A DNA stretch of 64,000 nt from Lingula anatina (lineage: Eukaryota > Animalia > Brachiopoda): the NCBI GenBank assembly GCA_051362555.1, contig CM120642.1, positions 20,336,001 to 20,400,000 on the forward strand, given 5' to 3'. Positions 14,001 through 28,000 of this stretch are shown here, piece by piece; the first letter of the stretch is position 1; each line of letters opens with the position of its first letter. The notes beneath the pieces were generated by a model, which saw only the letters and a list, made by a program, of their open reading frames with translations, was not told where the DNA came from and ran no database searches. The translations under genes and the position numbers were made by a program.

Positions 14001-16141
14001 TAAAAATGGAAATAAACCCATTTCAGAAATGTGCTGTCTTGTTTACATTTTGGCATTTTTAAGATGTGACTTTGAAGTTCCACGAGCCTACAGACCTTTG
14101 CTAGTCACATTTTCTGAATATCCATGATACTAATATTTTATGATTAAAAATTGATGGTCATTATGCTGTTTAACATTATGTAATATTACATCAAAATTTG
14201 AAGAAACCCCTATTTTGGGCACTGCTCCCATGATGACCATTTAAAGAAAATCATGTCACTTACTGTTCTCATACTTTAAGGAAAGAAACATGGGTCTAAA
14301 ATACAGCTTCAGTAGGCAATGCAGTCTGTTTGGTAATTTTTTCTGGCAGTTAAACAGTTTTTTGTGAAAATTTAATTTTTCACATATTGGCATTTTCAAG
14401 GTGTGACTTTAAAGTTCCATGATCCTGAAGACCTTTGCTTGTCACATTTTCTAAATGTCCATGTTACTAATATTCTATTATTAAAAATTGATGGTCATTA
14501 TGCTGTTAAACATTATGTAATGTTGCATCAAAATTTGAAGAAACCCCTATTTTGGGCACTGCTCCCATGATGACCATTTAAGGAAAATCATGTCACTTAC
14601 TGTTCTCAAACTTACAGGAAAGAAACATAGGTCTAAAATACAGCTTCAGAAGACAATGCAGTCTGTTTGGTAATTTTTTCTGGCAATTAAACAGTTTTTT
14701 GTGAAAATTTAATTTTTCACATATTGGCATTTTCAAGGTGTGACTTTGAAGTTCCATGATGCTGAAGACCTTTGCTTGTCACGTTTTCTAAATGTCCATG
14801 TTACTAATATTCTATTATTAAAAATTGATGGTCATCATGCTGTTAAACATTATGTAATGTTGCATCAAAATTTGAAGAAACCCCTATTTTGGGCACTGCT
14901 CCCATGATGACCATTTAAGGAAAATCATGTCACTTACTGTTCTCAAACTTTAAGGAAAGAAACATTGGTCTAAAATACAGCTTCAGTAGACAATGCAGTC
15001 TGTTTGGTAATTTTTTCTGGCAATTAAACAGTTTTTTGTGATAATTTAATTTTTCACTTATTGGCATTTTCAAGGTGTGACTTTGAAGTTCCATTATCCT
15101 GAAGACCTTTGCTTGTCACATTTTCTGAATGTCCGTGTTACTAATATTCTATTATTAAAAATTGATGGTCATTATGCTGTTAAGCATTATGTAATGTTGC
15201 ATCAAAATAGAAGAAAACACAATTTTTGGTGCTGCTGCCATGATGACCATTATGGGAAAACCGTGTTACTTATGACTGTCAAACCTTTAAAAAAGGAACA
15301 CTGGACTAAAATGCAGCCTGAGTTGGAAAAGCAGTCTTATTGGCTTCTTTTTCTGGAAGTTATACATTTGAGTGAAATATTTATTATCTCTTTGGCATAT
15401 TCATTGTGGGACTTGGAGCTCCCATAGACATGAAGGCGAATGGTAATCAAATTTTCTACATGTCCATGCTATTTATAGTCAATAATCAAAAATTGGTGAT
15501 AATTATTCTGTAATTTATTATGTAATGGTACATCAAAATTGACAACAATTTTTTTGCACTGCTACTGCAAACATTATGAAAAGAAAACTGTGTAACTTAT
15601 TATTATTTTTAACTTACAAGTATGATTTTTAGGATTGGCATGTAGTTCAAATTAGAAAGCCAGGTCAATTGGGTTATCATTTATTATTGAATTTATGCAA
15701 TTTTGTGTGAAAATTTCATTTTTCTCATTCTGGCACTTTCTAAGTATAAACTTGAACTTTGATGAGCCTGAAGCCTTATGCTTTTACTTTTGTTGGTGTT
15801 ACCTGTTGTGCATAATTAAAATTTGATGTTGACTGTGCAGTTAAACATAATGTATTATTGCATCAGAATTGGTAGTCACCTATTTTGTGCATTATTGTTT
15901 TGTGCTTTTCTTAAGATGTGACTTATGGGCCTGAAAGAGAGGGTCAGAGAGGGTCAGTCTATAAATTTCCCTTGGGTATCACTTAGGTCAGTTATAAAAT
16001 CATTTGCCTAATTAATAGGCCATTAAATGAGATTACATAAAGCACACTTGTTGATATTTCCCTGTAAACTGCCAAAGGTTAAGCTCTCTGCTAGATAAAT
16101 AATAAGGAAGCAGTGATAATTATACAGGTAAATTATGCAGG

Positions 16142-16190
<49 letters not shown>

Positions 16191-18467
16191 CTTTGAGAGG
16201 GTCAGTCTATAAATTTCCCTTGGGTATCACTTAGGTCAGTTATAAAATCATTTGCCTAATTAATAGGCCATTAAATGAGATTACATAAAGGGAAGTTTGG
16301 CGGCTGAGTCAAATGTTGTTTTATGGCGACGGATTGTAACCTAGTTCCGACGGGATTCGCATTGTAATTTTGCCATACTTGTACAAACCTTGGATTGAGT
16401 GCTGCATGAACTGACAAGCCTCGGATTCAATGCTGCACATAGAATCGTGGATTCAGTGCTGCATCGGCAATGTGCTGTGATTGGCCAATCCTTCTTATCC
16501 AATCAGAGTATTTGGTTCGTTACTATTTTTTGCCCAATCAGGTTGAACTAGGTCAGGTGTGTTCCACAAGGTACGCGCCGTCGCTTTTAACGAAATGTAC
16601 GATAGTATTCTTTCTCACTTTGCTCTCACGCACGACAGTCGCAAGAGAACAATCAACGGATCACTCCTCAATTCGCCTCAGTACGATTTTGATCAGCTAA
16701 CAAGTAAGTTTTTTCTCTTTTTCAATATAATTTGCTAGTTTTTGACTCACATACTTACGATCACCATGGCAGTTCTAGTTATTGGTCATTCATTTGTTCA
16801 TAGACTCCGTTCATTTCTCGACCAGGGTCGGGACGTACGGGCGGTGAAAGATTTCGGTTTCCCCAATTCTGTGCACTGCGAGGAGTTATCTCGTCGTTTT
16901 CACGACGTATTTGGTGTTTCACATGTGGTGGTGAACCAAGTTCACCACAGGCTACGTCCCCCTCACCCCTCGTTTAATGACCAAGTAGATCAGCTCAATA
17001 TTCTCCTAGCAGACTTGCCCCTAAGAAATCCATTTATTTCCTTTTGGAAGAACGTAGGTCTGCGGAGAGTTAACCGGCTCCACATCAAGCCAGACGGGGT
17101 GCATCTCTCGGATGTGGGCCAGTATAAACTTTATCGTAGTCTACGGGGCGCCATCATTAGGAAGGCCTCCCGGCTTCGCGTTTCGCTTTCCTAAATTGTC
17201 CTCCAACACGTCCTTTTCAGGCCCATAGCATTTCCTTTATCCATAGCTCTTAGTCCATATCTACATCACTTCCTTGAGATTTCTTGTTGTATATCTATTG
17301 TCACCCTTATCACATGTCCTTTTCAGGCCCATAGGCGCATCTCCCCTTTTGTCAGGTCCCGACCTTTTCAGGACCACCGGTAATTTTCCTTTCTTTTATC
17401 CTTTATCCTACTCCAGTCAGCAACGACGTGGCATAATTTTTCATGCCTTATTTTTGTAATATTTTTGTCCGCCTAGCTACGCCTAGGTGAGTGGCACATT
17501 TTGTGTCTTTATATTCCGCTCTGCTTCGTCAGAGTGAGTGGCACGTTTTGTGTCTTTACATTTCCGACCTGGTTTTCAGGTTGAGTGGCATATTTTTTCA
17601 TGCCTTATTTTTGTAATATTTTTGTCCGCCTAGCTACGCCTAGGTGAGTGGCACGTTTTGTGTCTTTATATTCTGCTCTGCTTCGTCAGAGTGAGTGGCA
17701 CGTTTTGTGTCTTTACTTTTCCGACCTGGTTTTCAGGTTGAGTGGCATATTTTTTCATGCCTTATTTTTGTAATATTTTTGTCCGCCTAGCTTCGCCTAG
17801 GTGAGTGGCACGTTTTGTGTCTTTATATTCCGCTCTGCTTCGTCAGAGTGAGTGGCACGTTTTGTGTCTTTACTTTTCCTACCTGGTTTTCAGGTTGAGT
17901 GGCATATTTTTTCATGCCTTATTTTTGTAATATTTTTGTCCGCCTAGCTACGCCTAGGTGAGTGGCACGTTTTGTGTCTTTACATTTCCGACCTTCTACT
18001 CATTACGCACTACTTACTCATCTGGAAACTTTCTGTCCTTATCAGCAGGCTCCTTTGTCCTTTTTGGGGTTTTCCTTGGCCTCTGCGATCCCAAGGTTAT
18101 GGCCTCTTTGCAACCCCACAAATTAAAACGTCTGCACTATGTTCTTTGGGAATTATATATAAAATAGTCTTTTCAGGCGTAAAAACTACGTATTTTGGCA
18201 CTGTCACAATTATTTAATTTTAACATCAAAATTTAATTCATTTTAGTATAAGGATTCACAATAAAAGCGGCCGGCATCGGCCAAGTTTCGAACATCATAC
18301 TTGTGTTTGTCACTTTATTGCTCCTTTCTCGGCATCGTATTGAACCTTTAGATCAAGGAGACATAAAGCACACTTGTTGATATTTCCCTGTAAACTGCCA
18401 AAGGTTAAGCTCTCTGCTAGATAAATAATAAGGAAGCAGTGATAATTATACAGGTAAATTATGCAGG

Positions 18468-18518
<51 letters not shown>

Positions 18519-21500
18519 AACTTGAAGATTAAAAGTTTGAATAGCAGCTTCATTGGAATTATATTTACCTCAGGCTCTGCCAAGGAGGTTATAGTTTGTC
18601 TGTCATCAACATAACTCAAAAGTTATGGACCGATTTTGCTGAAATTTTCAGGAACTGTCAGAAGTGGGCCAAAGAGGACAATGATTAGTTTTTGGTGGTG
18701 GTCTGGCTCAATAATCAATCAATAATAATCAACAATTGCTGCCTTGGCAGAGGTCTGCACTCTCGGAGTGCTTTTCTAGTTTTGTTATGTTTCCTTTATA
18801 ATTTTTTCTCAAACACTGCATTTGTGACTTTTAACTCTCATCCACCTGAGGCTCTGCACATTTTCTGTATTTCCACATAAGCAGTTGTTTTTTATGTCTT
18901 TAAATAAACATAATAATGTAATAAAATGTAATATTATTTTATGCACTATCATCATTTTTCAAATATTGAGACTTTCATCATGTGACTTTGGTCTCTCATG
19001 GTCCTGAAACTGTAATCTTATTTAAGGGGTGGATTGAGACCATCTTCTCGGTCTTCCGGAAGACAGTCAGGTTATTAAGTTTATATTGACTGGTATCTTT
19101 TTTTTCTGTTGGAAGACCATCAAAATGGAGGATGGATCAACATAGATACTTTGGAATACTGTCAGAAAATATCTCAGGGTCCGCTCCTGTTATTGACCAT
19201 GTTACCTATTGTGCATGATAAAAATTCAATGTTGACTGATAGTGCTATTATAAGCATTATTTATTTTTGCATCAAAATTGACAAAATGACCTTTTTTGCA
19301 TCTTTATTTTCTGTTTTTTGTCTGTACATTTGACAGCTTTGCTGCCTTGTTCACTTGTCCTTTTATCAAGTTTTGTCACATTTGTTATCAGATAGAGCTG
19401 GTTTTATGAACCTTTCAAATTTTAGTGAAGTGTTTGTCACATGTATTTTTAAGAATTTGATGCATTTTGGTTTGATAGATTAAAAAATTTATTTTTAAAT
19501 TGATAACCCTAAAAATCCATTTTGTTTGTAAAGTTTGATAAGCTTTCGTGGAATTCTAACTCTAAGACTTAAACTTAGAACTTGGACTTTGGGATAGAAA
19601 GGACATATACATGTACCTAAAATGTTATTCCAGTGAGAAATTAAAGAGGAGCTTGGACTGTGGGGACAGAGTATCTGTGGTTGTTGACATGGACAGTGTC
19701 CAGAATGTCAGCGCTGAGAATTCAGAGGTTCGTGTCACTTGGGAGCTGCCGGCAGGAAGAAGCATTGTGACAACTGTAAGTCTGTGTGCCTTAATTGTAA
19801 TAGAAATATGCAGATAAGGACTCTTTCAGATTGATGTAGATTTAATATGTATCTTTACAGTAGATCTTCATAGATGCATCAATATTATAACTTATTTACT
19901 TCTTTAAGATCTATATGGTGATTTGATATGAATTTTCAGATTGATACAAACATATGTGATTGTTTTCAAAATGGTAATTTTTTGAGAGCTTTAAATTTTG
20001 AAAGTCTTAATCTTATCACATTCCTTTTTTTGTAAGCTGCTAAAAACAAAATTCAGTTTGAAGTAGGAAAGCAAATTTTGAGAGCATAAGCATTATTTCA
20101 CTTCTTAGGTAATTTCCAGTGTGAAATTTTAATTTTAAAACATGTTCAGGTATTATATGTTATGGTCAGAAAGTCAGTCATTGAGAGGCAGGGAAATTAT
20201 GTTTGAAGGGAGTAGACTGAAAAAAAAGTGCTTTTGATTAGTAGCTGTAAAATGATGTGACTGCATTTTAGCCTAGATCTACTGGCATCTTTATCATCCC
20301 CCATTTTTTCAGCTGCCACTGTACAACCAGCCAGAGCCTGGGGTCAAAGGTCAGGTCCATATGGCCATTTTGTTCCAGAAGAATCCAGAATTTCCTTCAC
20401 CTAAAGGGCCCACTGTCAGAGTCACTAAGGTTATTTTAATAATATAAATAAGATGATTGTGTTTAGCTTATCACTAATTATACAAAATGTTTTGCTTAAT
20501 GGATTATTATAGAATTGATTTGACCACCTTTGAATTTTTTTCCAGGGTTGCTAATGTCATAAAGTAATACATGATCAGTTGTGATCAGTTGTCATTTGTG
20601 ATTCACTTTTTGTCTGCTTTTTATTACACTTGTTTGAAAGCATGAATTTAAAAAATAACATTTTACTACTTATATGTTATAATATATTTTATATGAATCA
20701 AGAAAAATGTACATGATGGTGCTAAACAGTGTCATGCTATTTAATTTAAGAGGTAATAGTCTTTTTGTTACTGTAAAAATAGTATTTTTTGGAAACACAG
20801 TTTTCCCTTTCAAAACTATATTCACTAAGATCCACTATTTATTTTAGTTTGGAAATCTGGATTATAACCTGCTGCCTGCCCCTGTAAAAACACTGTCTTG
20901 CAGAAGAGTTGACCCAGGAGACAGGACTGAAATAGGTAAAATCCACAAGAAAAAAATGCCTTTTATACATATTTTGTTCATTTATAGTGTATTTCCCTGG
21001 ACTGCACCCGGTCTTCCCTGAATACATGTGCAACAAAGCCTTTCATTTGTCTTGCCCTATAGACTTTTTTGTAATTTTTTTTATCATTGCTATTGAGAAA
21101 TGCTTATTTTCCAGCATTTTGCAAAAAAAAAAAAAAAAAAAAAAAGAGAGAGAGAGAGAGAAAAGAAAAATGTTGCTGATATAATTGGTTTGAAAATCAC
21201 AAGTTGAATTATAATTTTGACATTTTTCTTCATTTTTTCAGCTCTCACCTACAGTTCAGGTACGATGACAGCCAATGACACCCCACTTGGAACATGGCTT
21301 CTACTCCCAGAACTCACTGAAGCAATTCTTAAGAAGGTTACCTTGAAGAAACTTCTGGAATTTGGCAATCTGACGGCCATGTTGGCATGTCAGAATACCA
21401 GGCCTGCTTGGATACACCCACGAGGCTACCCGCGATATCCAGGTAACCTCAATACAGGACTTGTGGAAGTTCATTAGCAAAAAGCAAAAAGACTCATTGG

Positions 21501-24500
21501 TTTAAGAAAATAAAAATATAAAGAGTTATTTGACTATTTTTGGTCATGTGATATATGTAACTGCCAGATTATCTGCTGTTCCCAGTTCATCTCTCTGCGC
21601 TGAAGCTTCTTTTCCACACATGACAGCTAGCTGCAACTAATTTTTGTAATTTAGAATTTTCATGACACTGCAATAAATATTTGCATTTGAGCAATGTGTA
21701 CTTTTATAAGAGCTATTTGGCTGCATCTAGATGTTTGTGTGATCATTTCTGATGGCAAATTTGACTTAATCAGCTTGCCCCAGAGAAAAATTCATAGAAA
21801 ATACGAATCTTTTTTGTTTAAATGGTATAATTTCTTCAAATTCTTGCAGCACATTTTCATTTGGTTGACATGGCTCCCCAGAAGGTAAAGACCAGTGCTG
21901 AGGCAGTGTTGATGTTTGAGAATATGCTGATGAACAGAATTTACAGAGGGCTCGCCCAGAGAAAAGTAAGTGCATAGATATGTGTAATAAAAATAATCAT
22001 TTCTAAAATCTAGAGTTCATGTAGGTACATGTGGCGATAACTTGTAGACAGTACTAGTATGAGATAAGAAGCACCATAGTTTAGCTATTTCACATAGTAT
22101 CTTAGTAGTTTTTTATATTGATTGTTATGATTTCATAAAACAGTTACAGTAGAAATATCACTATTTCAATATTTTAATTTCACTACATCAATATTTTAAA
22201 AGGCAGTATGGAATAACAAGGACTTAAACATATGAAATGTATGATTTGATAAATCATACCATGTTATGTACAGTAGCATAATTTTCACAGATAGCAAAAA
22301 AGTACATGATGATAATTTTATGCTGTTTATTTTTAACCTCTAAACATAATTAGTTTTTTGCTTCTCTAGGTCTCATTGCCCCTGTTAGATTCAACAAACC
22401 CACAAGAACGAGAAAAGGTATTGTGCAGTCACTTCCTGTTGTACTAGTACACAAGAAATATGTATCATGACCTTTTGATATATTTTGAATTTTAATCTGT
22501 AATCCTTTGAATATGTAAAATTAAATCTTGTGAAACTTAGTTTAACTAATGGATAGTTGTCCTATTAATTGTTCAGTCACAGCTGCTGAATCAATACATT
22601 GCTGATATTATAAGCAGGCACCAGTAATTGGGAGCAAAATACTTGTCAATGATTTATAAGAGCCTTTGTCACAATCCAAAATAATTTTACTCAGATATTA
22701 TTGAAATAAAATTTTCTGAAAAGGTTTTCTGAAACAGCAAGTCCTCATCATTTATTACAATGTATTCCAGATAGAGTATCTTTTCCAAGAAAGATATCTC
22801 TCCTTTTGTGCTGCCATCTGCAGGCATGTTTGGAAAGGAGGCTTCACGTCGGAGAGGCAAGCTGCAGTGCCATGGATCAAGGAATTAAGTGAGACCTATG
22901 GAGACCTGCAAGCTGGTTTGATGGAAAATCACAACCATGGTTGCAGGGAGATTCATGACAAACCAGACGAAGTTAAGGGTCCTCATGTCAGCTTGAAGCA
23001 AGGGGAAAATCTTGAAAAGTTCAAATTTGATAAAAATCGAGGCACCGAATATGCTGTTGCTGTTGTTTTGCAAAAAACAGATACAGACCTGGAGAAGATT
23101 CCTGTACAAAGTGAAGATCTGTCCACGCTGTACCTTACCTGTGGTCAGCCATCGTGGTTTGAGCCGTCCACATACTCTGACGGCAATCTGGAATTGACTA
23201 CACAGCTCCCAGCGACGTGGAAGATGAAAAATCTCGGCAAATTTTGTGTCAATGGCCTCATCACAACAAGCCAGAATGTTTCATCTATGGAGTGTAAAAA
23301 CTTGACAGTGGTGGATGTCTCTGAGTCTCTAGTAGAGACTTTGCCAGACTTCAGGTAAATGATCCAAAGATTAAGATATTTGATATTGAATATTAATTGA
23401 AAACAGTGTCATCTTTCAGGCAGAATTATTAACCCATTACAGTGACGTCATATTTGCTCCTTAACACTCGTCCAGCGGCCATTCTGGAGGGAAAGAATGA
23501 CGGGGAATAGTAGCGTAAATATAGGTGAACCAAATAAAATGAAATAATCTTCATATCGTGATCAAGTACACCAAAAGGAAAATAGTATATACATGTGAAA
23601 ACTTCAGCTGATCAGCGTGATCGACCCATATAAACTCAAGACAGTCCAAAGACGTGAAATCCTGACCTACCCCTGTATCCCAACATCGTGGAATGTTGTC
23701 AGGAGCTAGTTCAGTTATCTTGTACTTCATTTTTCTTGTTCATTGGGTAATAACAGTTATAGTTTTAGCGAGTTTACTGTGTAATCATAAGTTCATCCTT
23801 TCATAGAAGCAACTTTTTACATAAAGGATAGATATAAGGAGAAATTTGAGCTGACTATCGGGATCAACCCTTACGGACTCAAAGAAGACAGTATGCAGGG
23901 TTGTGACAAGAAATATTGCTGTCAGATATGATTTAACTGTACATCATGAAGCTGTCAGAAATGATTTCAGCATTCTTGTACTTCATTTTGGTTCATTAGG
24001 AAGTACATGTAACATGACTGTTGTTTGAGAGTTCAATATTTTATTATGAATTCAACCATGCACATTAGCAACATTGTTAGCATTTTATTATTAGTCCAGA
24101 CATTCACAGAAGCAAGGCATTTTTCAAACTTATTAATTTATGATATCCAATGTAGCATAACAACAAGTCAGTTCATGAATTGATCTTCATTTGATTAAAA
24201 ATATAGGAAAATGCACATTTTGTATGAATAAAAGTAAACAAAATGCAAAACATTGTTGACATTGTTGCACAATTCAATGACAGATTATCAGGGTCCCTTT
24301 CCTTTCGGTTGACATGAAAAATATTTCCATACTTTTAATGATGCAATGCAACATGTACATGAGCATATTAAGTCGAATCAAGTCACCATAATCTGAGAAA
24401 CCTGTTTGGTATATATTTATCTATGTCAGATGTCTAGAGAAATGCTTGATTGAAGACTTACAACTGATATGTGCTGTGTGCAATAATTGTGTGTAGGTAT

Positions 24501-25004
24501 GTACATATAAGTCCTTAGATGGTGTTACTAAGCAGTTTTTAATTTCATTTAGGAGAATTCCACAACTGGTGGTCACAATTTAAAAAATGCGCAACCTACA
24601 AGAGCTTAATCTTTTCTTGATACAGGACAGCCATCTGTTTCTGCATATCAGGCCATCTGTGAGAAGTGCACCATACAAAGTATTATATTTCTTGCAGACT
24701 TTTCCATTTAGCCTTTAAAAATATGAGAAAGAAAAAGTGTTTTCATTTCTTCTTGTGCTTCTGCTCACAATTCTAAATAAATAGAATACCTATCCTTGTT
24801 GTATGCAAGCTATCAGGATAACAACTTTAAAACAACAAATGAACAATTAAATAAACAAACAAATCCAATTAAATAACTCCTGTCATGCACTGAATTTCAC
24901 TCTCCTGATGTTCATATCCTGTCTCCTCAGCTGGTCACAAAGATAAGAATATTCTTTCGCTGCTTCTACCTTGTGTGTCATCTAGCTGCCTTTTGTATCT
25001 GTCA

Positions 25005-25039
<35 letters not shown>

Positions 25040-28000
25040 CAAGATTTACTTGCACCCAATCATTCAGTGTGGCTTGGTGGGTAAATGCCAGATCAATTTC
25101 CTAAATGTAAATTAACAAAATAAAAAGGTAACAATAGTTATTTTTATTCATACTGTATTGTAACTTGAAATACAGTAGGAAAACACAGAATTTAACATTT
25201 TTCAAATTCATTTCATTAAGTTATATGTCAATTAAATGATACCTGAGCTAGAATATAAACTTACAAAACAGATTTACTCTTAACACTACACCAAATCTAA
25301 AATCAAGCCACTAACTTCCAAATACACATGACACAGGTAATTGCTTTAATTGGCCCAGCTGAGCTGTGTGTACAAATGTATGTACATTGTACTGTAGCCT
25401 TGACACTAATTGACAATAATGCTAACCAGGTATTAAAGAGGTAGATGACAGCAGATAAAATCTGAAGAGCACCATAACTGATAACAAATTACACCCAAGG
25501 CAATGAAGTGAGTCTTCATAATGAAAGTCGAACCTTGCCTGGGTATTTCCACACGTTTTTACAACACACTCTCCACCCAAACTTTTTAGGCACTAGTAAC
25601 ATGCAGTGTACGTGCGCTCCAAACTTATACACCTCGGTCTTTGGTTTTCTACTGTTTTTTTTTTTTTTTTTTATGGTAAAGGCTGCACAGCTGGGTCTTC
25701 ATTCTTTGCTGTAAAATAAATTAGTTTTATCCTTTACTTGTCCGATGAGTCTTGATTCAAAGCCACTCCTCGGTCTCTCCTCCGTTTACGATTTTCGTCC
25801 CTACACCTTGGATTGTTACCACTGCAAGCAGTCTGTGAACGCTTGTTAAGTTAGTTATCTTCTCTCTATCATATACCCTGCAGTAATTCATCATTTTACT
25901 TGTTTAATATCAAAGAAAACACAGAAATAAAATACTAAATTCTGCATGTAGACATGATCATGCGCAGCAGACGATTCCGGTCTCCCTCCAGTATGGCTGC
26001 CGTTTGTTTTGATGACGAGGGCTACAATGGGTTAATAGTAGATATTTATGAAGGTTTTCTAGAAGTCAGAAGATAATCATGTAGAATATTTAATAGATTA
26101 CTGTTTGCTTAGTCTTAAGAAAGACAAAAGTATTATGAAAAACCTTTTTTATTTTGCTAATTAGTAATTCATTTATTTAGTAAAATATAGAAACTTGGAA
26201 ATTTAAAGGAAGCATGATAATAAGTAAGAAGGTCATTCATGCTTTATTTTGATATTCAATATGTTTTTATTATTTTCAGAGTTCTGCCTAAAGTGAGGGA
26301 GGTCAATGCATCTCATAGTATGGTGACCATTCAGTCTCTGACCAGTTGTCATATTGATCAGCTGAAATATCTGGTCAGCCTGTCACTAGATGAACTGTTA
26401 CTGGACTCTTTGCCAAGGAGCTTTGGACAACTGAAAACACTTCAGTATCTGTCCATTAAAGGTAGTGTTTCTCTTAACTGTGCGTGGATTTATTGACTTG
26501 TTAGCTGCCCATTTGAATGAATGAACAAATGAATTAATTGATGTCTAATTTGTTCTTAGTTTGCACTTTGATTAGATATTCAACTGTTACAGATTTCAAA
26601 TTGTTTAATTTTCAGGTAAGAGAATTTTATTAACAAAAGCTGAGATATGTCTCATTTCTTTCTAGTAGATAAAATTATTTAAAAACAAGTGAGAAATGAG
26701 GTTTTTAGGGGTCTCTCAACATATTTCCAGAAATGACATGAGATTTAGTAGACACATACTCGTAAAACTTAATTATATCTTATTACAAGCACAATGTATT
26801 GACGTTTCCAAAGTTTTTGTCTATGACTGAGAAAATTATAAGATGTTAACCGTAAATCAGAAAATTTAGCTTTAAATTTAGTATAAAGTGAGAATTTTTG
26901 AGAGCATATTATATAATATTTGTAAGCAACATTTCCCTTTTAGGCATTTTCCCCTGTGAAAAAAAAAAGTCAGTTTCAAATACCATGAAAATCTTTAACA
27001 AATCTTTAAAAAATCAGTGGATTCACAACTCTAATAAAATTAATTCAATTTGCTATGACGCAATTAAGTTTTACTCTAAAATAAACTTACGTATTTCCCA
27101 GGTATCCCCTGGCTGCGAGGGGATGAGGATCCGCAGTGTGGCCAGGCAGAGACATCTGGACTCTCAAATTCTGTGGCAAAAGTTGCTGCCCGTACATCCT
27201 GCATTGTAGTAAGGAACTATGTTTTTATGATCCTTTTTATGTACAGACACAGATGTGTCTGTACATATAGCCATCACCTGTGTCTGTCGTCGCCGTCACC
27301 GTCGCTGTCGCCGTTGTCGCCGTCACCTTGCACTTTAACCGATAACACGATAAGTGGAAAACTTTTTTTTATTTCAGCTTGAAACTTACAGAATTGATAC
27401 ATATTTATAATACCCAGGTCAAGTTCGAAAATCAGCATGATGGGGTCACTTGTAGGGAAGTTATGCTGTTTTTTCACTTTTTTCAGCATCTATGCAGCAC
27501 CGATAACACGATAAGTGGAAAACCATTTTACTTTTTGGCTTGAAACTTACAAAACTGATGAATATTCATAATACGCAGGTCAAGTTCGAAAATCAGCATG
27601 ATCGAGCCATATTTGTGGAAGTTATGCTATTTTTTCATTTTTTTTCAGCATAAATGCAACACCGATAACACGATAAGTGAAAAACCGTTTCACCTTTTGG
27701 CTTGAAACTTACAGAACCGATGAATATTCTTAATACGCAGGTCAACTTCGAAAATCAGCATGATCGGGCCATATTTGTGGAAGTTATTCTATTTTTTCAT
27801 TTTTTTCAGCATAAATGCAACACCGATAACACGATAAGCGAAAAATCGTTTTACTTTTTGGCTTATAAGTTACTGAAATGATGAATATTCCTAATACGCA
27901 GGTCAACTTCGAAAATCAGTCTGATCGGGCCATTTTTATGGAAGTTATGCTGTTTTTTCACTATTTCAGCATATGTGCAACACCGATAACACATTTCAAG

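Larger units (their letters stand above)
16291..18360 (+). mobile_element. Non-autonomous element with an SGNH hydrolase ORF, probably Ngaro (tyrosine-recombinase retrotransposon)-derived
   Basis: Cleanly interrupts the HINE with ACATAAAG at both junctions (16283-16290 and 18361-18368); no TIR or LTR; SGNH ORF, tandem array, AATAAA near the 3' end. Ngaro elements are known to carry an SGNH hydrolase ORF. Confidence 0.65.
12880..19351 (+). mobile_element. HINE-like family A composite (two 5' ends at 12880 and 13097, one 3' end) carrying nested elements
   Basis: Family terminal signatures; internal 337-bp tandem units (14200, 14537, 14874); nested inserts at 16291-18360 and 18565-18781. Confidence 0.82.

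Noticed and set aside
16704-16738. 5' UTR intron in the SGNH element (GTAAGT...TAG)
   Set aside because: Only 35 nt, below typical spliceosomal intron size; no other support.
17515-17860. CTGACGA on the minus strand of the hairpin array as a hammerhead ribozyme core
   Set aside because: No stem II followed by GAAA and no stem III/UH; the CTGACGA is simply part of the stem1 hairpin.
23429-26035. piggyBac element call
   Set aside because: The TTAA/CCC ends are equally explained by an AT TSD, and the coding relics are THAP/ISL2EU-like rather than piggyBac.
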